Positions 17,632-27,805 of a stretch of 64,000 bases of DNA are shown here, piece after piece (position 1 is the stretch's first letter; each line of letters begins with the position of its first letter). The translations under genes were made by a program, and so were the position numbers. The stretch is from an uncultured Candidatus Saccharibacteria bacterium (GTDB lineage: Bacteria > Patescibacteriota > Minisyncoccia > Phycocordibacterales > UBA2100): positions 19,779 through 83,778 of the forward strand of contig CAYYEX010000006.1 of the NCBI GenBank assembly GCA_964471165.1, written 5' to 3'. The notes under the pieces are model-generated. The model was not told the DNA's origin and did no database searches. It was given only the letters and a program-made list of their open reading frames with translations.

Positions 17632-18393
17632 TTATTTGTCGCTGGTGAGTTTAAGAAACACTTCTTCGAGTCGACCTCCGCGGTATCCGTCTTTCGGTGT
17701 GTCACCACTCGTATGTGTTGCAAGGAGTTCATCCATAGTTCCGTTTGCAACAATCTGACCCTTATTGATGATTGCCACATGTTTGGCTAGCTGCTCCGCT
17801 TCTTCCAAGTAATGCGTTGTGAGCAGAATGGTGAGACCCTCCGCAGTGAGCTTTTTGAGGTAATCCCACATCCCGCGGCGAAGCTCCACATCCACGCCGG
17901 CCGTTGGTTCGTCGAGTACGAGAAATTTCGGTGTGTGAATGAGTGCACGCGCAATCATCAGGCGTCGCTTCATGCCGCCTGAGAGCTGCATGCCGGTATC
18001 ATACATTTTTTCACCGAGTCCAAGATCTTTGAGCAACTGCTCTGCGCGGGGAATCGCCTCGGAGCGGGGGATACCGTAGTAGCCACCTTGGTTGATTACC
18101 ACATCGATAAGGCGCTCGAACGGATTAAAGTTTATTTCCTGACCAACGAGGCCAATGTAGGACTTCGCAACCTCGGTCTCTTTATCGATGTCGTGCCCGA
18201 ATACTGAAACAGAACCACTCGTTTTGTTCACGAGTCCTGTTGCGATACCGATGATGGTTGTTTTGCCTGCGCCATTTGGCCCCAGGAGCGCAAAGAAGTC
18301 TCCCTTGGGAATCTCGAGCGAGACTCCTTTGAGAGCAGACGTGCCATTGCTGTATGTTTTTACGAGGTTGTTGATTGAGAGGGCTGTATCCAT
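17632..18393 (-). CDS. ABC transporter ATP-binding protein
   Basis: It has Walker A (GPNGAGKTT), the ABC signature (LSGGMKRR) and Walker B (LVLDEP). Confidence 0.85.
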   Translation of the reverse strand: MDTALSINNLVKTYSNGTSALKGVSLEIPKGDFFALLGPNGAGKTTIIGIATGLVNKTSGSVSVFGHDIDKETEVAKSYIGLVGQEINFNPFERLIDVVINQGGYYGIPRSEAIPRAEQLLKDLGLGEKMYDTGMQLSGGMKRRLMIARALIHTPKFLVLDEPTAGVDVELRRGMWDYLKKLTAEGLTILLTTHYLEEAEQLAKHVAIINKGQIVANGTMDELLATHTSGDTPKDGYRGGRLEEVFLKLTSDK

Positions 18394-18400
18394 AGGGTGG

Positions 18401-19123
18401 TTAGGATAGCATTTTGCTGATGAAGGTAAAAGTCTCATCGGGACCGTCTACCGCTTGCGTGGCGATGACGCCAATAACGGTTTCGTCATTTCCGCCGGGG
18501 AAAAGTGCGTCTCCGAAGTAGAGGCAGTCTTTTGTCTGCCATCCCATCGATGCAATGAAGGCTGCTACGTTGAATCCCTTGTTTTTACCAAGCTCAAAGA
18601 AGTCGAGAACAGTAGTTCCACCGCTGCGCACTTCGACACCGGCATCTCGCAACATTGCCACATCCCCCGCAAGGTCTCCCAGCAACTTGATGCGGATGGC
18701 ATGTTTTGGGTCGAACGCTCTCTTTACCTCACTATCTTCGTGGTGACCAATGAGTGAGTAGGCGATTTGCGAGTCGCGGTCGTCGATGATGTCGTTCGGG
18801 TCCTTGACTGTAAGGTTGAGATGCTTCTGCGCCTTTGCGATAAACGCAAGAATGGCATCTTTACGGTCTTGCGAGAGGGAACGGTTCCATAATTTTTTTC
18901 CATCTTTCGTTTCGGCATAATTGCCGTTCTGTCCCAGAATATGGTACATGCCTTCACACTCAGGACGCAGGTGAGCACGAATGTCCTTTTCTCCATGGCC
19001 GGAAACTACAATCACATCTGCAGTAGTGCAGAGTTTTTGCAGGACCGGAATATGGCGCTCGAGAATAAGCGCCTTACTCGGGGTGAGCGTGTTATCCAGA
19101 TCGAAGAAAAAGTGTTTGGGCAT
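18401..19123 (-). CDS. HAD-superfamily hydrolase, subfamily IIB (paralogue of 1984-2826)
   Basis: It carries FFFDLDNTL and GDALFPGGNDE. Confidence 0.7.
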   Translation of the reverse strand: MPKHFFFDLDNTLTPSKALILERHIPVLQKLCTTADVIVVSGHGEKDIRAHLRPECEGMYHILGQNGNYAETKDGKKLWNRSLSQDRKDAILAFIAKAQKHLNLTVKDPNDIIDDRDSQIAYSLIGHHEDSEVKRAFDPKHAIRIKLLGDLAGDVAMLRDAGVEVRSGGTTVLDFFELGKNKGFNVAAFIASMGWQTKDCLYFGDALFPGGNDETVIGVIATQAVDGPDETFTFISKMLS

Positions 19124-19125
19124 TT

Positions 19126-19650
19126 TTATTTGAGAGGCAGTGGCCCGAGGTAATCAGACTTTCCGATAGCCACGCCGTTCTTGCGGATGATAGCGTATGC
19201 AGTCGCTACGTGGAAGTAGAAGTTCGGAATAAGATATTCGGTCGCGTACTCGTATCCCGAGAGCGACTTGTCGCCCCAGTAGGGAAGCGAAACACGCACC
19301 TCCTCCTTATCGTTCACATTTTCCGGTGATACCGCCTTGAGAAGTTCAATTGTTTTCTCGATTCGCTCCTGCAACTGCACGAATGTGGTCTCGGTGTCCT
19401 CAAACGAGGGAACTTCGGTGCCCGTGATGCGCTTGATGGAATTCTTTGCGTTGTCGGTCGCTATCTGCACTTGGCGCGCAAGAGGGAGTTGGTCGAACAC
19501 GAGTCGGTCGTTGAGCAGCCACTCCTCATAGGTGCGATTGGCCGTTTTGCGTGACTCGGCGTGGACTGCAGCTTTGCCAAGAACACCACTGAGCGCCTCG
19601 AGTGATCTAATCATTGGCGGATAAATTACTGAGTAGAAAGAAGTTTGCAT
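19126..19650 (-). CDS. DUF1993-family protein
   Basis: Length and helical composition fit DUF1993. The start was placed at the internal MQTS or MIRS because the upstream in-frame part looks non-coding. Confidence 0.5.
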   Translation of the reverse strand: MQTSFYSVIYPPMIRSLEALSGVLGKAAVHAESRKTANRTYEEWLLNDRLVFDQLPLARQVQIATDNAKNSIKRITGTEVPSFEDTETTFVQLQERIEKTIELLKAVSPENVNDKEEVRVSLPYWGDKSLSGYEYATEYLIPNFYFHVATAYAIIRKNGVAIGKSDYLGPLPLK

Positions 19651-19730
19651 ACAAGTGAGCTTTACTAAGTAAACTAGTAGTCGAGATAGTGTACAACACT
19701 CGTCTCGATTTTCGAAGTGGATAACGCTCC

Positions 19731-19904
19731 GCGAGACTGAGTATTTTCCGGTACGCGTCGTTTTCTGGTGAAAATCCCTTTTTGCTTCGCAAAACAGCTC
19801 CTCGGCCTCGAAAGACAAAGAGTGTCTTTGTCTTTACTCGTCCTGCGTCGCTGCCTCATCTCGCGCCATCGCGCTTGCGAAGCCCGGAAAATACTCAGTC
19901 TCGC
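19731..19904. mobile_element. MITE-like element B (174 bp, perfect 21-bp terminal inverted repeats)
   Basis: gcgagactgagtattttccgg (19731-19751) is the exact reverse complement of ccggaaaatactcagtctcgc (19884-19904). It shares internal cores with element A. A third partial copy, ccgaaaatact, lies at 19925. Confidence 0.6.
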
Positions 19905-19954
19905 TCCGCTGGGGTACGAAATGCGCCGAAAATACTTTGCCTCGCGGAGTCAAA

Positions 19955-20848
19955 TTATTTCAACGTTTTGATGAACTCAGCGAAGCCGTCCTTCGTGTCG
20001 GGGTGTTTGAGGCCGAATTCCACAACAGTTTTCAGGTAGTCGAGTTTGTTGCCACAGTCGTAGTATTTACCGTTTTGGATTTCGAGTGCATAAATGTCGT
20101 GATTTTTTTCAAGGAGAATGTTGAGCGCGTCCACATACACGAGTTCTCGGCCAGGGTGAGCGCCATCGAGCAGTTTCATTGCCTGTTCTATTGCTTCGAA
20201 GATGACTGGTTCGTACAAGTATCCGGAAACGAGTGCGTAGTCTGAATTAATGACGCCCGGTCCCGGTTTTTCGACAACATGTTCAATGCGCATGAGCCCG
20301 GGGGCTTTTTCGGTGCCAGTGGCAAAACCATATCGTTTGTAGTCCTCTGGTGCGGAGGTGCGCACGCTCGAGAGAATCGCGCTGCCTCCGTGTTCGTTGT
20401 ATGCACTGATGAGTTGTTGAGAGCGCGAGGGGGACGCTTCAAAAAAGTCGTCGCCGAATAGCACGAGAAATGGTTCGTCGCCCACGAAGTCTTTTGCGTT
20501 CCATATCGGGGTTGCGTTGCCGAGCGGTCCCTTCTGGCGAATGTAGTGAAAGTTGGCCAAATTTGCGATTCCGCGGATTTGCTCGAGCTCCTTTGTTTTG
20601 CCCGCTTCTTCGAGGCGCTTCTCAAGTTCAAATGAGTTGTCGAAATGGTCTTCGATGGAGCGCTTCTGTGCTCCCGTCACGATCAGGATGTCTTCAATAC
20701 CGGCCGATACTGCGTCTTCAACGACATACTGAATAACAGGCTTATCAACGATAGGCATCATCTCTTTTGGGGATGCCTTGGTTGCGGGGAGGAACCGGGT
20801 GCCGTATCCAGCGGCGGGGATGATTGCCTTTCGGATCTTTTTTGTCAT
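19955..20848 (-). CDS. galU: UTP--glucose-1-phosphate uridylyltransferase
   Basis: The N-terminus KAIIPAAGYGTRFLPATKASPKEMMPIVDKP is the GalU signature. The start was chosen at MTKK. Confidence 0.85.
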   Translation of the reverse strand: MTKKIRKAIIPAAGYGTRFLPATKASPKEMMPIVDKPVIQYVVEDAVSAGIEDILIVTGAQKRSIEDHFDNSFELEKRLEEAGKTKELEQIRGIANLANFHYIRQKGPLGNATPIWNAKDFVGDEPFLVLFGDDFFEASPSRSQQLISAYNEHGGSAILSSVRTSAPEDYKRYGFATGTEKAPGLMRIEHVVEKPGPGVINSDYALVSGYLYEPVIFEAIEQAMKLLDGAHPGRELVYVDALNILLEKNHDIYALEIQNGKYYDCGNKLDYLKTVVEFGLKHPDTKDGFAEFIKTLK

Positions 20849-20964
20849 TGACGAGCATTGTAACAGACGGTGTATCGGCCGAGGCCGTATACGCAGTATA
20901 TTGACAAAAGTGCGTAGGATGTTGTAAAGTCTTGGTCGGTATCCAACGACGCGAGGAGCGCGCA

Positions 20965-21594
20965 ATGCACCAAAATGTGATTCTGCGCGCCGAGGGAGAA
21001 CTCTTCGAGGCGCTGTTTAGCTTTTCTAGTAAGCCAACGTTTGACCACGCATTCAACTGCTTCACCAACGAAAAGGTGCAGCGTTGCACAATCACGCTGG
21101 CCGAGCTCAGCCGACAGTACGCACTCGAAGTAGACCGTGAGCGTTCGCGAACAAAGGAGAAGCCCATCAACTACCGGCATTTCTACGTGGGCGGCGTTGG
21201 TATCGGTTTGGTTCCGGCGAAGCGCTCGAAACGCAGGTACGACTGGTGGGCGTTCAGCGCGTTCAACACAAAGTCGTCGCAGCGTGCAGAGAAGTACTGC
21301 GCAGAAATGCGCATCATGCGAGCCGCACGAGCAGTGAGTTGCGCGTGCATCGGATCGATTGCCGTTATTGGGGAGCGCCAATCCGACGGTCGCAGCGGCG
21401 TGATTCGGCCTATCGGGCTTGATCCGTGCGAGGCGTGCCGGGATTGTATGCGCAAGCCCGAAAATCGGATGATGTTCGCCGCAAAGACGCGCATTCTCAC
21501 GGGGCAGCCGCTCGCACAGCACCACAGCATCGAGACAATTCCTCAAATGATGGCCGCACACAAGGAGGTGTGGCCCAAACTGAAGCCGGCGTAA
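20965..21594 (+). CDS. cytidine/deoxycytidylate-deaminase-like zinc-binding protein
   Basis: It has CAE...(PCEAC) motifs (CAEMRIMRAA, DPCEACRDC) compatible with the CDA fold. The start is assumed at MHQN. Confidence 0.45.
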   Translation: MHQNVILRAEGELFEALFSFSSKPTFDHAFNCFTNEKVQRCTITLAELSRQYALEVDRERSRTKEKPINYRHFYVGGVGIGLVPAKRSKRRYDWWAFSAFNTKSSQRAEKYCAEMRIMRAARAVSCACIGSIAVIGERQSDGRSGVIRPIGLDPCEACRDCMRKPENRMMFAAKTRILTGQPLAQHHSIETIPQMMAAHKEVWPKLKPA

Positions 21595-21632
21595 GTCGGC
21601 TTCAACTCTTTTATATCGGGCGCTGGTTTGGT

Positions 21633-22010
21633 TTACGCAGTTGGATTCGGGTCGTGGAATACTGCTTCAAAATTGTTGCCGAATGGGTCGATAACAAACG
21701 CAGCATAATAACCGGGGGAATATTCGGTGCGGTAGCCAGGAGCGCCGTTGTCGGTGGCTCCGGCTGCAATTGCAGCCGTGTAAAACGCGTCCACCGACGA
21801 CTTGTCGGCGGCTGTGATTGCAATATGTGCGTTGTGAGTCGCTTCGCGCTGCGAAACCCAGAAATCTGCGATACCATTTGTTCCCAAACCAATAACAGAC
21901 CATTCGGGAAACTCGGAAATTAATATGTAACCGAGCGGGAGCAGTGCAGGAACGTAAAATGTTTTCGCCTTTTCTATATCGTTAACGTATACGCCAATGT
22001 GAGCCAACAT
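21633..22010 (-). CDS. VOC/glyoxalase-family protein
   Basis: Length and a beta-alpha-beta-beta-beta module composition fit the VOC family. The start is MLAHIGVYVNDIEKA. Confidence 0.65.
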   Translation of the reverse strand: MLAHIGVYVNDIEKAKTFYVPALLPLGYILISEFPEWSVIGLGTNGIADFWVSQREATHNAHIAITAADKSSVDAFYTAAIAAGATDNGAPGYRTEYSPGYYAAFVIDPFGNNFEAVFHDPNPTA

Positions 22011-22014
22011 AAAA

Positions 22015-22245
22015 TTATTTAGTCTTTTTTGTAATCGTGGGATTCTCGGACGCGGATTCCTTTTTTGATGCGCGCCAGTTAGTAAACCACGCTTTTATTC
22101 TATCCCACGCGACCAGTCGCACGCCAATGAGCTCTAGTCCCACAAACATAAGCCACGCGCCTGGGGTGAGCGGAGTCACGAGTGCGACAAATCCAATGAT
22201 GATGAGTGCGACCCCTCCCACAACTTTCAAAACTTTCATTTCCAC
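22015..22245 (-). CDS. small membrane protein (PGPGW-like)
   Basis: It has two transmembrane helices with an LTPGAW turn. Confidence 0.4.
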   Translation of the reverse strand: MEMKVLKVVGGVALIIIGFVALVTPLTPGAWLMFVGLELIGVRLVAWDRIKAWFTNWRASKKESASENPTITKKTK

Positions 22246-22667
22246 AGTGTACCTCGTAGAGAACGCGTGAAAGCGGTACTATATGGTGCATGGACGGACA
22301 GATTGCAAGCGGCATTGTTGGAATGGTTTTTCTCATTTTGTGCATTAGTTTTGTGAGTTTTATGCAGCCTGCTGAGCGACAGGCCTCCGAGCATCCGTTT
22401 CTTGCGCCGCAAGTTGCAGCAGCGGGCAGCGCAATCTACCTCAACGACCGGGGAACCTACTCCGTGCGGTAAAAGTAGGAGTCAGATTTTCGCCAATATA
22501 GAAAGTTTTTTTGACTGAAACACACAAGACTTGCCTCATATCCTCATATGTGGGGAAATATAGGTTATCCCTACACAAGGGGACAACCGCCTTGCGCTGG
22601 TATATAATTGGCGCGTCGAACCGTTCACACATTACTTACACGTGTAAATCAGATAACTACCTTTTAT

Positions 22668-22922
22668 ATGGTACGAAAAGCAAATCCGGCGCTTTTGAAG
22701 CCGATGAACCTCTCGGAGGAACTCGAAGCCGTCGTAGGAAAGGGACCAATGCCTCGCTCACAGGTTGTGAAGAAGCTTTGGGAATACATCAAGAAGCATG
22801 ACCTGCAGAATCCTGCCAACAAGCGCAATATTCTTGCAGACGAAAAGCTCTTGACTCTCTTCAAGAAGAAGGAGGTAACCATGTTCGAAATGACAAAAAT
22901 CGTTTCGCCACACATGAAATAA
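22668..22922 (+). CDS. SWIB/MDM2-domain protein (85 aa)
   Basis: PMPRSQVVKKLWEYIKKHDLQNPANKRNILADEKL is the SWIB signature. The start was taken at the internal ATG 22668. A TATAAT lies at 22596. Confidence 0.7.
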   Translation: MVRKANPALLKPMNLSEELEAVVGKGPMPRSQVVKKLWEYIKKHDLQNPANKRNILADEKLLTLFKKKEVTMFEMTKIVSPHMK

Positions 22923-22943
22923 TCCGTATTTACGGACTATGCA

Positions 22944-22975
22944 AAAAGACGGCTCGCAAGAGTCGTCTTTTTGTT
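22944..22975 (+). terminator. intrinsic terminator
   Basis: The hairpin aaaagacg-gctcgcaagagt-cgtctttt is followed by tgtttgg. Confidence 0.5.
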
Positions 22976-22984
22976 TGGCAGTCT

Positions 22985-23884
22985 TTACAGTGCGAAAGAC
23001 TGCTGAGTAGTCTGCGCCTCTGGTTGTGCAACGGATGGCACGAGTGGTAGTTCTACGACGAATGCCGTTCCTCGCCCGATACCGGCACTTACTGCTTCGA
23101 TAGTTCCACCCTGGAGTCGAATCAGTTGTTGTGCGAATGCCAAGTCAAAATCGAAAACATGCGGGAGCATATCCGGAGCAACGCCGTCACCGTCATCTCG
23201 AATGCTGACGCGTGCCGCGCCTGGGCGGGTGTCGGAAGCGAACTGAATTTTCCCTCCGCGTGGGGTGTGTGTTGCCGAATACGTGAAGAGGTCTTCCAGC
23301 ATCTGCATTGTGCGCTCAGGGTCCGCTAGAACTATAACGTCTGCGGATGGCAGGGTTGTCTCGAGTGTTATGTTTCGCGCTTCCATGACGTAGCGAACGT
23401 GGGCGATAGCGCGGGCTGCGATTTCACGCAATGACGTTTGTACTGGAGTAATTGAGAGCGCGACCGTTGCAGGGGGGAACACCTCGGGTACATCGAGCGG
23501 ACTCTCGGCTACATAGCGCGGCGCCAATATTGTGCGGTGTTGTGTGAGTGCCGGAAAGCGGAAGTAGTTAACCGCGTAAAGCGCGAAACTTGATTGCAGG
23601 GCGGTAATCGCTACTGAGCCGAGTATGACCATCGGCGACATTTCGCTGCTCGCGGTGATGACGAGTGCTGCGATAATTGCGGCAGACCATGTGCGACACC
23701 CCCAGAGAGAAACGCCGAGGAGCGCGACCACGCCCGGAATCCAAAAGAGCCCTGAGACGCCAATACCGAACAGGTGACGCGCCGTAAGTGTTGTTCCTAG
23801 AGTGATGAAAAATGTGAGTGCCCACGCACCAAGGCGCTCTCTCGAGGGCATTACGGACCGGATTTTGAAAGGAAGCGAGCTCAT
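22985..23884 (-). CDS. membrane-anchored sensor histidine kinase
   Basis: It has N-terminal transmembrane helices and a C-terminal HATPase_c block (RDDGDGV...GTGLGL-like). Confidence 0.7.
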   Translation of the reverse strand: MSSLPFKIRSVMPSRERLGAWALTFFITLGTTLTARHLFGIGVSGLFWIPGVVALLGVSLWGCRTWSAAIIAALVITASSEMSPMVILGSVAITALQSSFALYAVNYFRFPALTQHRTILAPRYVAESPLDVPEVFPPATVALSITPVQTSLREIAARAIAHVRYVMEARNITLETTLPSADVIVLADPERTMQMLEDLFTYSATHTPRGGKIQFASDTRPGAARVSIRDDGDGVAPDMLPHVFDFDLAFAQQLIRLQGGTIEAVSAGIGRGTAFVVELPLVPSVAQPEAQTTQQSFAL

Positions 23885-23942
23885 AGTTCAGGCGTTTTTT
23901 ATAGCGCCTACTATATCAGCGTGTGAGTTTGACTTCTCGTCT

Positions 23943-24707
23943 TTACTGTGTGGTTGTGGCCTCGATTGGGGCAGGGGAATTGCTCTCTTGAGCCGTGTCG
24001 GGGAGTATCACGGGCGTCTCAGCGGGCGCTTCGCTCGGCTCTGTTTCAGTGGCGGGCAGTTCACTTGCGGTTGATGGCGAAAGTCCAGCGGTCGAAGTAG
24101 CGATTTCTACCGTCGATGTTGCCGTGCTCGGCATAAAGGATGAAATGAGGCGAGAAAAGTATAACGATGTTACGCCAGTACCTACGAGAATGCCGGCAAT
24201 CGCACCTACGACAATCGAGGCAATGCTCCACGAACGCCTGCTTGAGTACGCCTCGTTGCTTGGCTCGTGTGAGATGGAAGCATCTGTTTCGGGAAATACT
24301 TTTATTGGCGCTGGTATCGCTGCAACAGCCGCAGCAACTGCAACGATTGGTTTTTCAAATATCAAACAGACGGAATTAATTCGATAATACGGTGCATCGC
24401 CCGCTATCACATACCCGAGATGGCTCTTGCACTTCTTGCAGCGAACCTCCACCTTGTCGTCGGGACCTGGTTCGCTCTTGAATTGCAAATCTTTTTCATG
24501 GAGCGGTTTCTTGAACGACGGCCAACCGGTGTTTGAGTCAAACTTGTCGTCCGACGAAAACAGCGGTGTCTCGCAAGCTGCACAGCGATACATCCCTTCA
24601 TCGAAATGGTCCCAGTATCGGCCGAAATACGGCGGCTCCGTAACGCGGTGTTGCATTACGCTTACTTGGGCCGGGGAGAGCTTGTGTTTCGAATCAGCAC
24701 CTTTCAT
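23943..24707 (-). CDS. msrB: peptide-methionine (R)-S-oxide reductase MsrB fused to a transmembrane segment and a Ser/Thr/Pro/Glu-rich tail
   Basis: The SelR domain has CxxC...CxxC (RCAACETPLF...CKKCKSHLGYV). It is followed by a transmembrane helix and a low-complexity tail. Confidence 0.75.
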   Translation of the reverse strand: MKGADSKHKLSPAQVSVMQHRVTEPPYFGRYWDHFDEGMYRCAACETPLFSSDDKFDSNTGWPSFKKPLHEKDLQFKSEPGPDDKVEVRCKKCKSHLGYVIAGDAPYYRINSVCLIFEKPIVAVAAAVAAIPAPIKVFPETDASISHEPSNEAYSSRRSWSIASIVVGAIAGILVGTGVTSLYFSRLISSFMPSTATSTVEIATSTAGLSPSTASELPATETEPSEAPAETPVILPDTAQESNSPAPIEATTTQ

Positions 24708-24743
24708 TGCCGCCAGTATACCCTCACGTCACCCACTCTGTAA

Positions 24744-25565
24744 TTGTGGAAAATGGTGATTTGTTTTGTATCCCGGCCCACACGCCTTTACAGTACGCGT
24801 AGCCGCTGTACCATCGACCTCGTGGAAAAGTACGCAATAATCGATAAGCCGGAAGGGGAAACACCACTGCAGGCATTGGAGCGGTTCCGTGCGGGGCGCC
24901 CGGAGCTCGCACATATCCCGCTCACATACGCGGGGAGGCTCGACCCGATGGCGAGTGGCCTCTTGGTGATACTCATCGGGGAAGAGTGCAAAAACCGTGA
25001 CGCATACACCGGACTCGATAAAGAATATGAGTTTGAAATACTTTTTGGCGCATCAACTGACACGGGTGACGTGCTAGGCCTCATTACTGAGTATTCGGCA
25101 ATTCAGCCGGGTGTACCGTACGAGGAAATTGTTCAGGAAGGAACGTATACCTTGCCGTATCCCGCCTATTCATCAAAAACAGTTGGTGGCGTGCCACTGT
25201 TTCGTCACGCGATCGAAGGAAGGCTCCATGAAATTAAAATACCGACACGCGACATGGTTGTAAAATCTGTTGCTTTTATTGGCTCGCGCACCATGACGGG
25301 CACTGTTATTCGCTCCGAGGTTACGCGCCGGGTCGGACAACTTATATACGACGAGCATGGTCCAGCCGAAAACGATTTCAGAGAAAATCTCGTACGTGCC
25401 TCGTGGGATGACTTTCCCGATGGCGTGTACACCCTCGCTCGATATCGGGCGCGCGTCACCGGCGGTACCTATATTCGCTCGCTGGTGGAAGAGAGTGGTA
25501 GGCGAATGAAAATGCCGACGCTCGCGTACACAATCAAACGAACTCGCGTTATTGGATTGCCGTAG
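24744..25565 (+). CDS. truB: tRNA pseudouridine(55) synthase
   Basis: It has IIDKPEGETP and the catalytic YAGRLDPMASGLL motif. The exact start is uncertain (ATG 24744 or GTG about 24819). Confidence 0.8.
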   Translation: MWKMVICFVSRPTRLYSTRSRCTIDLVEKYAIIDKPEGETPLQALERFRAGRPELAHIPLTYAGRLDPMASGLLVILIGEECKNRDAYTGLDKEYEFEILFGASTDTGDVLGLITEYSAIQPGVPYEEIVQEGTYTLPYPAYSSKTVGGVPLFRHAIEGRLHEIKIPTRDMVVKSVAFIGSRTMTGTVIRSEVTRRVGQLIYDEHGPAENDFRENLVRASWDDFPDGVYTLARYRARVTGGTYIRSLVEESGRRMKMPTLAYTIKRTRVIGLP

Positions 25566-25986
25566 CCTTTGCTCGTTTTGCCGTGCACTTTGAACACAAA
25601 CAGCCCTTTGGTTTGATGTGGGCCTCAAAGTATTCCGTATCGTAATCGTAGTTCAACTCCTCTCCGGCTTTAATGTTTCGAAGCGCAAAAATATAGATGC
25701 GGCGATTTTTTAGCTGCACCTCACAGTTCGGCGCGCAGGAGTGGTTAATGAAACGGGCTTTGTTTGAGGGCACGTTGCCATCAATCATTGTTTTAGAACT
25801 CGTCCAAAAGAAATACTTACCGTCTTTCTCCTGTTCTTTTTCGGAGAGTGAGCGGCCAGTGTATTCGATAACGCATGCTCCGCGTGCAATATCTTCACCA
25901 GCGAACATACCGCGACCGCCGGTTGCCGAACGTTTAACTACAAGTTTAAGGTTTTCTGGCTCAAAACGACGTCGTATTTTTCTCAT
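25549..25986 (-). CDS. SET-domain protein (putative protein lysine methyltransferase)
   Basis: It has RFINHSCAPNCEV, ELNYDY and a post-SET CLCSKC cysteine cluster. Confidence 0.75.
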   Translation of the reverse strand: MRKIRRRFEPENLKLVVKRSATGGRGMFAGEDIARGACVIEYTGRSLSEKEQEKDGKYFFWTSSKTMIDGNVPSNKARFINHSCAPNCEVQLKNRRIYIFALRNIKAGEELNYDYDTEYFEAHIKPKGCLCSKCTAKRAKATAIQ

Positions 25987-25987
25987 G

Positions 25988-26581
25988 CTATTTAGTGAGT
26001 CGTACGCTTTCGGCGATGGCGCGTATTAATGATTTGTCGGCATCTGCTGCACTTTGATTGAGTGGTGGTGAGATAACGAGTACTTTGGAAATAGTGGCAG
26101 AGGTTGCAAGCAAGCGCACGTAGTACGGGCCTTTTGGCACTTCGTCCGAAACACGCGTACTCAAATTGAGGTATTGTCCTTTGAGCATTAAGACAAATCC
26201 CATCTCACCATCAGCGGTTGTATAGGGTTCTGTGGAAATCGTATCGGTGCATGAAAACGACGCGTTCGGTCCATCAGCAGCGCAATAATTCTTGAGCTGT
26301 TGGGCGACAGCGTCTTGCAGTGTTTGTCCAACTTCGCCTTGAACTGTGAGCACGCGTGCCTCCGCATCACCATCGACAGCATCATTCGAGACGATGCCAA
26401 AAACTGTTTCCTCGTCGCTGTATTCTTTTACATCGAGGACTCCAGGATAGGTGAGGGAATATCCATAGACAGTATTTTTATAGGTTTTGCCTGCCTCTCG
26501 TGAGGTTTTCCAAGCGAAGAAACCGGCAGTCAGTCCAATCATTATGAGAACCGCGAGAGCGGAGAGTGCCTTGCCGTACAT
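25988..26581 (-). CDS. membrane-anchored hypothetical protein
   Basis: A single N-terminal transmembrane helix (ALSALAVLIMIGLTAGFFAW) precedes a soluble domain. The start is uncertain. Confidence 0.4.
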   Translation of the reverse strand: MYGKALSALAVLIMIGLTAGFFAWKTSREAGKTYKNTVYGYSLTYPGVLDVKEYSDEETVFGIVSNDAVDGDAEARVLTVQGEVGQTLQDAVAQQLKNYCAADGPNASFSCTDTISTEPYTTADGEMGFVLMLKGQYLNLSTRVSDEVPKGPYYVRLLATSATISKVLVISPPLNQSAADADKSLIRAIAESVRLTK

Positions 26582-26722
26582 AACGCGCGCATAGTACCAC
26601 TGCACGGGCCCGTGCGCCTGTGTATACGGGTACAACTCTGCGAGATATGTGACGTGATGGTGGAAAAAAGTCCGCTCGGGGGATGTCTCATGAGGTACAA
26701 TCGATGCATGAGAAAACATTCG

Positions 26723-27790
26723 ATGTACGAGGAGCTGGCTGCCCAGCATTTGAAGATACTCGAAGGCTTGCAGTATGAATCGGGGCTCTTTGCGGCATCA
26801 AACAAGGGTGCTGAAACCGGATACGACAAAGCGTGGCTGCGCGACAATTTCTACGAGTGCCTTGCTTTTGAGATAGTGGGCGACGACGACATGGTGCGCA
26901 AAACGTATCGGGCTATTCTCGACATATTCAAGAAACATGAGCTGAAGATTGATTTTGCAATTTCCAAAAAACCGGAGCACACGCATGAATACATTCATCC
27001 TCGCTACCATCCGCAAACGTTTGAGGAGTTTTGGGAAGAATGGGGAAATAAGCAGAACGACTCCATTGGCTGCATTTTGTACAAAGTGGGTGAGCTCGAG
27101 CATCGTGCCCCGGGTTCCATCGTTCACGACGATGACGACCGACGTGTCATTCAGAAGTTGGTGTGGTATCTCTCAACGCTCGAATACTGGCACGACCCGG
27201 ATTCTGGAATGTGGGAGGAGAACCAAGAGATACACGCATCGTCCGTTGGGGCATGTGTTGCAGGGCTCAAGGCTGCCCGACACATTCAGGGAATTAACGT
27301 GCCTGATGCGCTCATTGAGCGTGGGGAACTCACGCTGCGCATAATGATGCCCCGTGAAAGCGCCGGAAAGTTTGTCGACTTGGCACTCCTTTCACTTATC
27401 TGGCCGTTTAACGTGGTGACCGAAGAAGAGCGAGACAAGATTCTGGAAAATATGGAGTACCACCTCCTGCGTGAGCGGGGGGTCATTCGCTATAAGGGTG
27501 ACCGATACTACAATGCCAACGACGATGGATGGTCGGAAGAGGCAGAGTGGACATTTGGTTTGTCGTGGCTTGCGATTATTTATGCGCACATCGGTAACAA
27601 TGAAAAAGCTCAGTTGTTTCTCGATGAGGCAAAGAAAACAATCACGAAGGACGGTTTGATTCCCGAGCTCTACTATTCCAACTCAGAAGAGTTCAACGAC
27701 AACACTCCATTGGGCTGGTCGGAAAGTCTGTTTATCGTCGCACTTCACGAGGTAAACAAAAAGAGTCTCAGAAGAAAGAAGACAGCCTAA
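26723..27790 (+). CDS. GH15-like (glucoamylase catalytic-domain-like) protein
   Basis: The (alpha/alpha)6 GH15 catalytic region fits (WLRDNFY, IHASSVGACVAGL). The start is 26708 or 26723. Confidence 0.65.
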   Translation: MYEELAAQHLKILEGLQYESGLFAASNKGAETGYDKAWLRDNFYECLAFEIVGDDDMVRKTYRAILDIFKKHELKIDFAISKKPEHTHEYIHPRYHPQTFEEFWEEWGNKQNDSIGCILYKVGELEHRAPGSIVHDDDDRRVIQKLVWYLSTLEYWHDPDSGMWEENQEIHASSVGACVAGLKAARHIQGINVPDALIERGELTLRIMMPRESAGKFVDLALLSLIWPFNVVTEEERDKILENMEYHLLRERGVIRYKGDRYYNANDDGWSEEAEWTFGLSWLAIIYAHIGNNEKAQLFLDEAKKTITKDGLIPELYYSNSEEFNDNTPLGWSESLFIVALHEVNKKSLRRKKTA

Positions 27791-27805
27791 ATCAAATTGT
27801 CAGGC

